From the NCBI GenBank assembly GCA_951406725.2, contig OX597817.1, forward strand, positions 136,338,001-136,402,000: a stretch of DNA of 64,000 nucleotides, written 5' to 3'. Below the pieces are notes generated by a model. It worked only from the letters and a program-made list of their open reading frames with translations. It was not told where the DNA came from and ran no database searches. Within the stretch, counting starts at the first letter, position 1. Each line of letters opens with the position of its first letter. Positions 23,356 to 36,418 of the stretch are shown here, piece by piece. The stretch comes from Octopus vulgaris. Taxonomy: Eukaryota. The position numbers and the translations under genes are program-made.

Positions 23356-25482
23356 ATTCTATACATTCTATACAAAATTCAAAGGAAACTCACAATGGAA
23401 AATTGCTTTCATATCTGGTGCAGCACTGAAGCAACACTCAAACACATCATAAGCCATTGAAGTTTAATGGGAAGGATTCATCCAACAGCACCAACTTTAA
23501 CACTCAAATACACTGTCTCCTCAGCCTGACTCTTCTACAACTACTATGACAGCCTCTGCTCTTCACAGCTAGACACCCACAATCACCCCCCCCCCCATTC
23601 AAACCTACCAATCCTTCCTCCTTTGGTCAACCATTCTGTGCCTACCCTCTCAGGCTTCACACTAATCACTGGACACAAGCCTTCTTCCTTAGGGTGTCAT
23701 CATTCTGGAACTTGTTACCTAATCATGTTTTTACCACAGCCATTAGCTTTTGTGATGGTCTATAAAGGTCATGGACACATACTAAACGGAAGGGAGATGG
23801 AAGGGTGGCTCGATTGAAAGAAGATGAGTAGAAGGGTCAATAGATAGGCAGCAAGACAGACAGACAGACATGGAGACACTGAATGGCTGACTGATGTAAA
23901 AACATGCTTTCACAACTTTTCTGTTTTTACGATCTCTTCTAGATTGTGTCTGCAAGAATGACCTGTCTTATTGTTACAATTATTACAATGATGGTGAATA
24001 TAGTTGAATATTGTACACTGGATCAATATTTTAACCGATGTAGAGAGCCGAACATAACTATGCACACATACACTTGCACCAGCACACATGCACACAGATA
24101 TATACCAATGCGCAGCCACTACCTTTGACACGTGATGAATGAGAAGTAGTTATGCTCATGCTTCTCTTAAAGTGAAGCAACAGTGAAAACTGTATAGTTG
24201 ACTTTCTGGAGGCTTAACTCGAATACTTCATCAACCCAAGCCATAACCCCCATTCCCACCTCTAAACTGAAAGTTGAACAGAGAACAAGAAGGAGCCGGA
24301 TATACTTTAAACTAAGCAAAACAACTAAAAAGAAGACCTAAGTTTTCCATATCAATTGGAAGCATTTCATTGTGCTAAATTCTAAATTCATTTAATGTTG
24401 AAAGAAGGAAACTGGGTGTATAAATATCCGCCAGATAGTTGAAACTAAGATTTGATTTTAAAGGCATTCTGTTACATGTTTTTGTTAACGCCCACTCAGC
24501 CTGAAAATTAATTTCTCAGAATACATTTAATTAATCAATTAATCAATTTTGATGTTGTTTACTTGTGATTTGTTTCATATTATTGCATGTAAACAGCTAA
24601 ATAGGACACTAAGAGCAAGTAATTTCACTGAAATTTATTTCCAATATAGGTTGATCTTATTAGCACATGTATGGGTGGGGGTTTGTGTGACTGCATGTGC
24701 TTATTCATTAGTCTTTAGTTCATATATTCATTACACACACATTTACATGTCTGGTGTATTACCCTAGAGAATTATTAGCTAAAGAAGTACTTGGTCACTT
24801 GTATGCATTTCTTTATTTGCTTCACATTAATTTTCCATGCTTGTATAAATCAGATGTGTACATGTTATAGAGGCATTGTTTTACAGCCGGATGCCTTTCC
24901 TGTCACTAACCCTTACCTGTTTTTCAAGTAAGTGCAAGTGCTGGACAATGATTTTGCTGATAAGGAATGTCAACAAACGTTACTATTTTTAGCTCATCAC
25001 TTGTCATACAAAGCACAAAATGTAAATATTCATACACACACACACAATATAATATAAAATATACACAGGTGTATGTGTATTAAAACACTTTGGTCAGCGC
25101 CACCTCAACCCACCTCAGGTGAATTCCACTGAAAGTATCTGTAGTTCAGTATAGAGAATGAGCTACTCTACCAATATCTAGAACCTGAATAACTAATGTC
25201 TATAGATAAAGAAGTTATGCACACTTTTACACTTATATATATATAAGTGTTTGTGTGTATATGTATGTGTGTGGATGTATGAGTATGACGGGCTTCCATG
25301 CAGTTACTAATTACCAATTTCATACACTGATCAGTCCAATATTCTGTACTGTGAGATAACAATTGAGACAATGTCAGGCAAAAAACGAAGAAGTTTCATA
25401 TCCAGAAAGCCATGCCTCTATCTATAAAGCAAGCTTTGTAGCTGAATCTCTCTCTCTCTCTCTCTTGACATATATATATATA

Positions 25483-25699
25483 TCATCATCAGCATCATCA
25501 TTGTTTAATGTCTGCTTTCCATGCTGGCATGGGTTTGACGGTTTGACTGAGGACTGGCAAGCCAGAAGGCTGCACTAGGCTTCAATCTGATCTGGCAAAG
25601 TTTCTAACAGCTGGATGCCCTTCCTAACGCCAACCACTCTGAGAGTAGTGGGTGCTTTTACGTGCCACCGGCAGCCAATCCGTGGCCCTGGCAATGATC

Positions 25700-25700
<1 letters not shown>
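25483..25700 (-). mobile_element. RTE-LINE 3'UTR copy
   Basis: (CAT)n tail plus family core. Confidence 0.85.
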
Positions 25701-25733
<33 letters not shown>

Positions 25734-25828
25734 GTATTTATATACATAAATTTACTTCTAATAAATGGATAAGATTTTTTCAAAGAAAATCTCATCAAGT
25801 AGCCAGCATATTAAAATATCATTTATAA

Positions 25829-26043
25829 ACAATTATAAATAAGGGCAAAAGAAAAACATTTCTATGCCAATATGCTAAGAAATAGACTTTAAATCGGCAA
25901 TCACCACATACAATATATATCACTATAAATACACGATGTTTATTTTTAGTGATATATACTGTATGTGGTGATTGATGATTGAAAGTCTATTTCTCAGCAT
26001 ATTGGCATAGAAATGTTTTTCTTTTGCCCTTATTTATAATTGT
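25829..26043. repeat. Long hairpin (~105-bp arms)
   Basis: acaattataaataagggcaaaagaaaaacatttctatgccaatatgc... is mirrored at 25938-26043. Confidence 0.9.
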
Positions 26044-26619
26044 ATATATATTCATATATCATCATTATCATTTATCATCCATTTTCATGCTATATGTATG
26101 TGTGTGTGTGTGTGAGTGTGTGCATGTTTGTGTATGTGCACGTGTGTCTCTATATGTCTACACACATTATATTCCATATGATATAATATGCAACAAAACC
26201 TCCATAAAACTACAAAGCCCTAAATAAGTGCTACAACTAAGAGAATTAGACTTCCAATGAAGGGCAATCATGCAATAACAATGAATGATGTAATCATCAT
26301 CACTTAATGTCCATTTTCCATGTTGACATGGGTTGGATGGTTTGACAAGAGCTACACCAAGCTCCAGTTGTCTGTTTTGGAATGGTTACTACAGCTGGAT
26401 GCCCTTCTTAATGCCAACTGCTTTACAGAGTGCACTGGGTGCTTTTTATGTGATACCAGCACAGGTGGTTTTACACACAAAATAAGTAAGCACTTGTTTA
26501 CTGGCAAAGTGGAAAACATGCCTGAACCAATGCATTGCTTCAAATGGAGAATATTTTGAAGGTGATAAAAGTGTAAACCTGTAAATCTAAGTGGATAAAA
26601 TAACACTGCAAAATTCTGG

Positions 26620-27215
26620 TTTCTTCTGCACCTCTTTGCCGTGAACAGGAATTAGTCTTCTCTCTTCACTCCTTTGTGCCACATGCACTCAACTCTCCTC
26701 CCCTTTTCATCTAACCCTCCTCTCCACCTTCTCCCTTCCACACTCCCCCTTCATCGTCACCCCACCTCTATATATTCCCACCCCACCATCCCTATACATC
26801 CCATCTCACACATTCCACTCCCACACCACCACACCACCCTGCACACACTAACACTGACCACTTCTCAGCACCCACACCATCATCCACACACCTACACATG
26901 CACACACACACGTCACCAGCCCCTATCCACATGCACATACATGCTCTCACATACATATGCACCTTCACTTTGGGATCAGCACTACTTTTTTTTATCTCCC
27001 CTTCTTCCTAGCTCTCCTGTCTGACTACCTCTGTCATGACTGATCACTAGCCACTAAACCTTCTTTATTTTCTCAGCTTATTTCTGTGTTTCCTTTCTGT
27101 TGAAGAGCGTACGCTTGAAACGTAAAAGACTTTCTCACTTCCTGAGCATTAAACTAATACATCTCTTTGTTGTTTACACACCTGTCTTTGTCTTTTTTTT
27201 TTTTTTGTAAATTCC

Positions 27216-27220
<5 letters not shown>
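26620..27220 (+). mobile_element. Penelope-like 3' relic with hammerhead-like pLTR
   Basis: LCREQELVFSLHSFVPHALN (PLE endonuclease end), a C-rich UTR, and TTGAAGA-gcgtacgc-tt-GAAACGTA at 27100-27124. Confidence 0.65.
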
Positions 27221-27251
<31 letters not shown>

Positions 27252-28535
27252 TATATCATCATTTAATTCCAAGCTGGCATGGGTTGGACAGCTAGACAGG
27301 ATCTGATGGCTCAAAGGACTACATCTTTAATGTCTGTTTAGGCATGGTTCCTAGGGCTGGATGTCCTTCATAATTTAATTGCAGTGCAATACAATACCCA
27401 CAGGACCATTTCATTTCTATAATGGGCCAGCATATAGTTTCTTAGGTTTGTTCAGATACAACAACCCTGCTGCTTATCATTCCCCATTTGGAATTTAGCT
27501 TTTATTTTCAGATAAACCATCCCATACGGCAGCAAACAGACCTCATGAGTAACATAAGAGTCATTGCTGCCAAAGATCCATTGCAAATGTCAATATTTGT
27601 AGAACCTGTTAATACAATGATGCTAGAATAAAAACGTATTTTAAAAACTTGATTCTTAGAGCTAAAAATAAAAGTATGTGTAAAGTGAATTAAACAAGCT
27701 GAAGAAATATTCACTGGATGAAATGAGTGAGGTGATAGATAATTCCTTAATGAATGCCTACAGAATATTCTTCACATGGATTCGTTTTAATATAGTTATT
27801 TGCGATACCTTAAACGACCATCAACATGATAATTATTGTTGTTGCTGCTGTCATCCTCTCTTTTACAATAGCTGTTAGTATAATCAACATCGATAATAAC
27901 CATTATTGCTCACTGATGCTACAGTCATTACAAATGATGACTTTTTAAAGACAGACTGGGGAATAAGAAGACTTATAAACAAATTTCAATAAAAATTAAA
28001 ATTCAGAAACACGTCAGCTCTGTTCTTACCGATGTTCTTACATTATTCCAACACTTATTGTAGTAGTTATGGCAAACAGTCATTGCTTGGCAGCAATTTT
28101 TAGAAGCTAAAATCTTAATACAATATTTCGTATGTATACACACATACACACTCACAGATATGTATGTTGGTGTGGGTGTACATTCCAAAAAGGACTGAAA
28201 AGTATATACAGCTGTTCCCCTCTCTCTGTCTGCACACACAGTGGGAAGATGACTTGTTTATAATTCTTGTAACACACAGTAAATAACTATTGATGTGTTC
28301 TATAATTCATTATAGTAACAAAAAGAAACACTGCTAACACATAAGTAATCTTATATATGTGTGTTTATACACACACGCATATATATATATATATGTGTGG
28401 GTAGGTATGTATGTATGTGTGTGTATTTATTTATATATATATTTATATGTAGGTGTATATATATATGTGTGTGTGTATGTATGTGTATATATATATGCAT
28501 ATATGTGTGTATATATATACATAAGTGTGTGAATG

Positions 28536-28831
28536 TCATCATCATCGTTTAACGTCCGCTTTCCATGCTAGCATGGGTTGGATGATTTGCCTGAGGACTG
28601 GCGAACCAGATGGCTGCACCCAACTTCAATCTGATCTGGCAGAGTTTCTACAGTTGGATGCCTTTCCTAACGCCAACCACTCCGAGAGTGTAGTGAGTGC
28701 TTTTACGTGCCACCGGCACGCTCAAATGGTGTTTTTTATGTGCCACGTGCACAGGAGCCAGTTCAGCGGCACTGGCAATGACCTCACCCGAATGTTTTTT
28801 TTCATGTGCCACCAGCACAAGTGCTAGTAAG
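28536..28831 (-). mobile_element. RTE-LINE 3'UTR copy interrupted by a SINE
   Basis: (CAT)n tail plus family core. Confidence 0.85.
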
Positions 28832-29130
28832 GGGTAAAGACCCCCTTCGGTCATGAATGACCATGGGATTGCACCTAGAAAGTTACCCTCCTAGACACAA
28901 GTCCGGGCAAGGTTGTTTTATGGAAGACCAGCAGTCGCCCATGCATACCAGCCTCCCCTCTCCACGCCACCAGTGTTATCCAAGGGAAAGACAAAGGTCA
29001 ATACAGCTTGGCACCTGTGACGTCGCGACTCATTTCTACAGCTGAGTGAACTGGAGCAACGTGAAATAAAGTGCCTTGCTCGAGAACACAACACGCAGCC
29101 CGGTCCGGGATTCGAGCTCACAACCTCACG
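28832..29130 (-). mobile_element. V-SINE-like tRNA-derived SINE
   Basis: On the minus strand, a B-box-like gagctcgaatccc followed by ctcgagcaaggcacttt. Relatives at ~56440-56650 and 59995-60290. Confidence 0.65.
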
Positions 29131-29169
29131 AAGGCGACATATATATATATGCATATATGTTCCTCCTTT

Positions 29170-29722
29170 CAAATGTTGGCCTCACAGAGGCAACGACTGG
29201 GACCTTTGGCATTATGTCGCGCTTGAGAAGAAGACCCATCAAACAAAGCAAGCAAAATCGCAGTCATAGCAGATACTGGTGTCACACAAATGGCACCCAT
29301 GCCAGTAGCATGTAAAAGCACCCATTACACTCTTGGAGCTGTTGGCATTAGGAAAGGCATCCAGCTGTAGAAACCATGCCAAAACAGACTGGAGTCTGGT
29401 GCAGCCTTCCAGCTTACCAACCCTAGTCATACTGTCCAATGACGATATATCATCATCATCGTTTAACGTCCGTTTTCCATGCTAGCATGGGTTGGATGGT
29501 TCGACCGGGGTTTGGGAAGCCAGGAGGCTGCACCAGGCTCCAGTCTGATCTGGCAGTGTTTCTACAGCTGGATGTCCTTCCTAACGCCAACCACTCTGTG
29601 AGTGTAGTGGGTGCTTTTTATGTGGCACTGGCACAGGTGCCAGGGGAAGCTGGCAACGGCCACGATCAGTTGGTGCTTTTTACATGCCACCAGCACGGAA
29701 GCCAGTCAAGGTGGCGCTGGCA
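29170..29722. mobile_element. Tail-to-tail pair of RTE 3' ends (+ 29170-29440; - 29450-29722)
   Basis: Family core on opposite strands, meeting at gacgatatatcatcatc. Confidence 0.8.
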
Positions 29723-30302
29723 CTATATATATATATATATATGTGTATATACACACACACTCACACACACATTTACATATCACTGTATGAACCAGGTGTC
29801 AAATGAAGCTATGTTGTTATACACTGCTGGTCACAATGCACTTCTGATTCTTTCTTAATTGTGCTATTTTCTGCCATCTTGACCCAATTCATGTAAATAA
29901 ATAATTTTCCCATTGTTGTAGAGACCTTATCAGCAACCTTTTCCAGTCTCTCAGAAACCACTCAACAACTACATGGGTCCACTTGTCTGTGAACCTTGCA
30001 ACATGTCCAGCCCAACAGAATTTGTGCCTTTGGTATTCTGCAGTTATGCCATGCACTCCACTCCATTCTCAAATCATTTCATTTTGGATAAGCTCTTGCA
30101 ATGATACTTCTATTCTGAATCTTCCCATGGCCTTTGCATTGTAGCTAATCAGTGTTCTTCCCTCTTCATTGAGGCCTGCATCTCACTTGTCTATATGAGT
30201 GTAGGTAGGAGGGTGCTATTGAAAAGTGAGACATGTATGGGCTTGTTCAGCTTTGCTTTGAACACATCCTTTATTGAGGTAAAAACTTTCATCCTGCCCT
30301 TA

Positions 30303-30337
<35 letters not shown>

Positions 30338-30356
30338 TTGTATGTATGTATGTAAG

Positions 30357-30848
30357 TATATAAGGAAAATAAGTCAAGGTAGAAATTTCTAAAATAATTT
30401 TATCATAAAAATACTTTTCAGTACCAGTTTCAGTTATGGAGACTTTTTCAACTGTAAGTATGGAAAACAATTAAATTTTGTTGTCTGGGGAGAGTCAAAT
30501 AAATTTTGGTAAAATTAAATGAAAAGTTTTTTAAAAGAATATTTGCATAGTATTCAAATACAAGGGGCATTTTCCTTGTTACTTCCTGTCTCTGTCTCTC
30601 TGTTTTTTTTACTCTTGAAAAAAAGAGAGACAGAGACAAGGAGAAACAAGGAAAATGCTTCTTGTATTTGAATACTATGCAAATATTTTATTTTTCTTAA
30701 AAAACTTTACATTTAATTTTTCCACAATTTAATTGTTTTCCATACTTACAGTTGAAAAAGTCTCAATGACTGAAACCATTACTAAAATGTATTTTTATGA
30801 TAAAATTATTTTAGCATTTTCTACCTTGACTTATTTTCCTTATATATA
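30357..30848. mobile_element. Nested fold-back element with a hammerhead-like core in both arms
   Basis: 30357-30478 mirrors 30726-30848, with an inner IR at 30540-30590 / 30640-30688 and a cag-TTGAAAA-agt..act-GAAAC-tg-GTA-ctg core. Confidence 0.75.
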
Positions 30849-31646
30849 TATCAACTCATGTGTTCCTTTTCAACCTCACACACACATTCACATATATATA
30901 TATATAAAATATGGGGATTTAGTTCACAGGTGATCTAAATGACTAGGTATGCACAGTAAAGTGCTGTAATGAATTACTAGGTCTCCATGGTCATAGCTGA
31001 GATGGTAGTTATGGAACCACACATTTCCAATATAGCAGATATATGATTGTTTTTTTTCCTCTAATAATAATATTGTATATGAATTGAGATGTTTGTCTTC
31101 CCTTAATGTTTGTTGTCCTCTTCAACAATTATGTGTGTGTGTGTGTAGATGAAATGTGGGGAAATTATACCAAAGGACAACCACTCTTCTGAGCTGCTCC
31201 CAATCAATATTTATCCCTCATTCATAACATTGTTCTTACGCAAGTTTACTTACATCCTTGTTCACCGTTTACTATGATCATCTAATTGATGTAGCCATGA
31301 ATCTTCTCCACATGAAACCCAGGCACTACAATGGCTAACAAGCTCTGAACAGCAAATGAATGACTTAACATGCATCTATGGATGGAGACTCTGCTCTCAA
31401 AATGGATGAGAAATTCGTCGAACAGTGATTGGACAAGACTCTCAACTGGTGATTCAAGAGCAGCACTCTGTGTGTACGGACAAGACACAGGAATACCAGG
31501 GAGAAAATCCAGTGCTGAGGGTATCCAAGCAAATAATGTCTGTCACGAGACACAAGCGAAGTATCTCAGAATCAAAATTCCTGCAGTGAGAAACTTTGGA
31601 GTATGCTCAGTTGTGCATCATTTGGTGGTCTTTATGACCAGGTGGC

Positions 31647-31690
<44 letters not shown>

Positions 31691-32799
31691 GATTATCCAA
31701 AGATTCTAGATTCTGTCCCCATTAAAAGTAGCACTCAGAGTGTAAGAAACTAAAAGGCTGAAATATTTGCTTGATTTGAGTTCTTCCTCTGAAGATTTCT
31801 CCTGCTGTTCATGCACCCCATAGCAAGTTTCCACCTACTGTAATGTGTGTGTGTGAGTGTGGGTGTGTGTGTTTGTATGTGCGTGTGTGTTCATTTGTGC
31901 AAGCCATGTATTTCTCTTGTCTGCTTGTGTTCATTTGTGGATTCTAAACAATGGTTTAACTAACACTGACATCTGGTTGCAGTCCACTTTGAAAGCATGT
32001 CCAAACATCTTGACATGTTGCCTGATGACTGTAAGCAAAAGGGTTTGTTCATACAGTGTAGTTTGTTTCTGGTTCTCTATGTAAACATGTCTAGACTATT
32101 TGTTGTTTGACAGTCTGGGAGATCAGTATCTCACTTAGAAACATGTGGGAGCTGACAACAGGAGGAGATAAGACTTGATGAAGTGGAGTCTTTTCTGTAT
32201 CTTAAAATCCCTACATTCAGAAATAAACTTGAAGATAGAGAAATCTTTATTTGTGTAAGGGACCCAGTAGAACTGAATTCAACCAGACAGAGTCTTGAAA
32301 CAGTTCACTGAGCTTTGCATCTATAATGCTTGCATCGTCACATCCCTGCTGTATATTCATTTGAAACATGAATGCCATGTTGACAACATATCAAAACACT
32401 TAATATAGATTTGCATGGATTTTGATGAAGAGAGCTCAGTTGTGAGATCAACTGAATTTCCTGCTCATCGAATAAACATACACGAGTTCAAAACCCTGTA
32501 TCACTTCACCTGTTTTCACCACCACCACCACCAGCAATGTTCTGCAAGGGCATATTTAGACACATCATCATCATCTCTCTTACAATCCCGCACTCCCTAT
32601 CTTACTCTCCAACTCACTCTCCTTTCTTTTCCAACTGGGGCATCCAAGCATCTACTCTACAACAACACACCTATCTCTGTCCCTTTATACCTTTAATTTT
32701 TCAGCTGACACAAAGCCATCTGGCTCAATACTACTCCCCACTCCAAGCTGAAGGTTTTTTTGCCTATTATGTCTCACAAGGTATTTGGTCACCATGTTG

Positions 32800-32974
32800 G
32801 TAATGATAGCACATAAAAATCACTTAAAACATTTTGTAAAGTGGCTGGCGTTAGGAATGGCATCGAGTTGTAAAACTATGCCAAATACAAATTAGGGAGC
32901 CTGGTATGGCTGCCAGCTTTGCCACATCCTGTCAAACCATCCAACTCATGCCAGCATGGAAAATAGACGTTAAT

Positions 32975-33005
<31 letters not shown>

Positions 33006-33018
33006 AATGATAATGATG
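32800..33018 (+). mobile_element. RTE-LINE 3'UTR copy
   Basis: tggcgttaggaatggcatc motif and (GAT)n tail. Confidence 0.8.
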
Positions 33019-33281
33019 ACTGACTATTCCACTGACACTTGTACCCTTCATGTAATTCTCATGCAGCATCAGTATGATAGCTTATACTTGTAAATTACTG
33101 GTACTGTCCATCCAAAGGGATTCTTTCTCACGGTGTCTAATCATTAAAGTCCATTCTCCAGATTTAAGTTACCTAACACTGTGGTAAAAGACACTTAGTC
33201 AAGATGCCAGAGTGCAGGATTGAACCTAGAGCTTCATGATTGCAAAGTGATTGTCTTAACCAACTATACTATATGCACAGG

Positions 33282-33316
<35 letters not shown>

Positions 33317-34249
33317 CAATACCTCTTTATTACATCTGAGATAGAGACAAATTCAGAGAATGAGAGAATCTGTAAGAATTAATTGCATGACTAAGAGATA
33401 TTTGAAACCATAATGGAACATTTCCAGTTGATAGTAAAGACAATCCCTCAAGATTTTCTTAATTTCTGCAACAAACCAGTAGTCATATGGCTTTAAAGAA
33501 AGTCTGGGGTGGTGATGGTGGTTGGGGTGGCAGTGGGGGAATATTTTATTGTACAGCAACAATAATATAAGAGAAGTACAAGTGTTTCAAATGTAAAAGT
33601 GTAGTTTCAGATGTTGTCTTCTGTCTAGAATGTAGACAAGACGTTCTTGTGTTCTGCCAACACTGTGATTTGGTTTCTATGGCAATATTTCATATTGATA
33701 TCATGTTGGGGAGTAAAATCATTCATTGTAGTTTAAATGCCAGCTTTGAAGATGATAGAAACAACAGTAAAAACAAACAAATGCACAGATCAAGTAAAAG
33801 AGAGGATGCAGAAAGAGACACCATGAAAAACGATGGTGCTGCGTTATATAGCATCACTGCCAATGTATTGTATGGTTTGAAATTGACCAAAGAATTAAAA
33901 AAATATTTGTCTTTTTCTTAAAAAGAAAAATAAATAAATAAAATCAAAGATCAATATTCTTTGTTTTTAATGAACAACCATTTTATTTTTAAAAGTGTTC
34001 CATGAACAAGATTTTTTTTGTACTTATAACCTCTCTCTTCAAGAGGTGAGGCCAGGCTGCTGTTAACTCTTTCACTGCCAAATTTACTGGAAACACTTGT
34101 AACAAACAGAACATACAATTAATTTCACTGGAAATCTAGTTGATAATAAAACAGAGTTTGAGTTATTTTCAAGTAGTTTTCTATTTTTTATTTCTGAGAG
34201 GAGATATTAAAATAGCAAATGTCATACAAACTAGTAGAAAGTAATAGAT

Positions 34250-34585
34250 TTATATACATATTTGTATGTATATATATATATATAAATCTATGTATGTGTA
34301 TGCACACAAATATATCTAGATCTCTCTCTCTATATCTATCTATCTACATCTATCAATCAATATCTATCTATCTATCTATATATATATATGTATTTCTCTG
34401 TCTATCTATATGTATTTCTATATCTATCTATCTATGTGTGTGTGTATATATATATATATATATCCATCTCTCTAATATCTAGCTATCTGTCTATCTATCT
34501 ATCTATTTACCTATCTATCTAACATCTACCTTCCTATCTATCTATCTACCTATCTATCTATATATCTATCTACATACCCATCTAC
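34250..34585. repeat. (TATC)n / (TA)n microsatellite
   Basis: Direct inspection. Confidence 0.9.
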
Positions 34586-34819
34586 ATCATCATCATTGCA
34601 TGCACAAACCATCCCAACCTTTACTCAAAAGAACATCAAGGGTGTGATAACTGAAAGGAGAGAGGACAGCACCAATACTCTACTCAGACTCATATCTCAT
34701 CTGTAGGCTGGTGCAATATGAAATTAAGTGTCTTGCTCAAGGATCAACTATGCATTGTAATTGCTTATTTATTTATGAGCTTTTAACACACAAACTAAAG
34801 CATTTATGGCCATGAGTTT

Positions 34820-35235
34820 ACTTAACTGGATGGATCTTCTCAAGTACAGCAAATTGCCAGTGAACTTGGTCCTTTGTCATTTCTGTAAGGTTCAAGATCT
34901 GTAGATAATTTTTTTACCACTTCATCCTTCATCTTCCTGGGTCTTCCTCTTCAACATGTTCCCTCTACATTTAGGGATCAACACTTCTTTATGCAGCTGT
35001 CTTCATCCAAAAGCATCACATGATCATACCAGTGTAATCTTCTCTCTTGCACACTACATCCGATGCCTTTTATTGCCAGTTCTTCTCTAAATGTATTTAC
35101 GTTTTGTTGTGCATGCACATTGACACTGCACATTCGGCAGAGCATGCTGGTTTCATTTCTTTCAAATCTTTTCATGTCCTCTGCAACTTCAACCTGCATT
35201 TCACTAACATGTAGCATAGATGTGTGTACACAAGC
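34820..35235 (-). pseudogene. RTE-LINE ORF C-terminal fragment
   Basis: AEDMKRFERNETSML...CSVQERRLHWYDHV...DEDSCIKKC is homologous to 53650-53870. Confidence 0.85.
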
Positions 35236-35317
35236 AATGGAGGACGCACAGAGAGTGTGACAGGTAGAATAGGGTGGAGAAATTCTTTTCCCAAATAAAT
35301 TGCATGTCGTATTCAAG

Positions 35318-35385
35318 GCTCTGATGAAGCTATAGTGTTATCCAGGTACTCAACTAAAAATCCACAGCAGAAACAAGCTGTAAGC
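35318..35385 (+). ncRNA. Hammerhead-like motif in a PLE-type relic
   Basis: gct-CTGATGA-agct...agca-GAAAC-aagct-GTA-agc. Confidence 0.45.
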
Positions 35386-35445
35386 TAATGAAGTTCATTA
35401 CATAACTTTTGTTTTTTCAGTTGTCATCTCATTTTTTTATATGTA

Positions 35446-35994
35446 CGAGGGTGAGTCAAAAAGTAATGCCATTTTGTTTAGGATACGTATAATTATCAAC
35501 ACAGGAACATGTATCATACATCAAAATGAAGCTGGTCCTCTGTGGATCACATCCCTACTTCTCAACATAGTCACCATTTCTATCGATAGCAATGTTCCAC
35601 CTTCGAATGAGAGAATGTATCTCTGCCCCGTAAAATTCTGTTGACTGTTCTTTGAGCCACTTCTTCACTACAGTTTTCACTTCCTCGTCACTGGAATAAT
35701 GTTTACCTCTCAAACCCTCTTTCATGGGGCTAAAGAGATGATAGTCCAGTGATAAGGAAGTGAAAACTGTAGTGAAGAAGTGGCTCAAAGAACAGTCAAC
35801 GGAATTTTACGGGGCAGGGATACATGCTCTCATCCGATGGTGAAACAATACTATTGAGAGAAACGGTGACTACATTGAGAAGTAGGGGTGTGATCCACAG
35901 AGGACCAGCTTCATTTTGATGTATGATACATGTTCCTGTGTTGGTAATTATACCTGTCCTAAACAAAATGGCATTACTTTTTGATTCACCCTCA
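35446..35994. mobile_element. Palindromic mariner-derived MITE made of two 3' ends
   Basis: TA-cgagggtgagtcaaaaagtaatgcc TIRs with ~250-bp arms, each encoding the transposase C-terminus. Confidence 0.9.
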
Positions 35995-36000
35995 TACATA

Positions 36001-36197
36001 TTCTCTTGTTTCAGACATTTCACTGCGACTATGCTAGAGTACCACTTTTAGTCAAACAAATTGACCACGGGACTTATTCTTTGTAAGCCTAGTACTTATT
36101 GTATTGATCTTTTTAGCCAAACCACTAAGTTACAGGAATGTAAACACACCAACATCTCTTGTCAAGCGATGGTGGGAGGACAAACACAGACACACAA

Positions 36198-36254
<57 letters not shown>

Positions 36255-36418
36255 TATATACGACAGGGTTCTTTCAGTTTCCATCTACCAAATCCACTCA
36301 CAAGGCTTTGGTTGGCCTGAGGTTATAGTAGAAGACACTTGCCCAAGGTGTCATGCAGTGGGACTGAACCCGGAACCATGTGATTGGTAAGCAAGCTACT
36401 TACCACACAGCCACTCCT
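36001..36418 (-). mobile_element. Full-length CORE-like SINE
   Basis: Homologous to 22972-23355. Confidence 0.85.

Noticed and set aside
26579-26605. 27-nt exon sharing TATTTTATCCACTTA with 17451-17480
   Set aside because: The phase differs, the donor is weak, it is adjacent to a PLE relic, and an AT-rich 15-mer match is insufficient.
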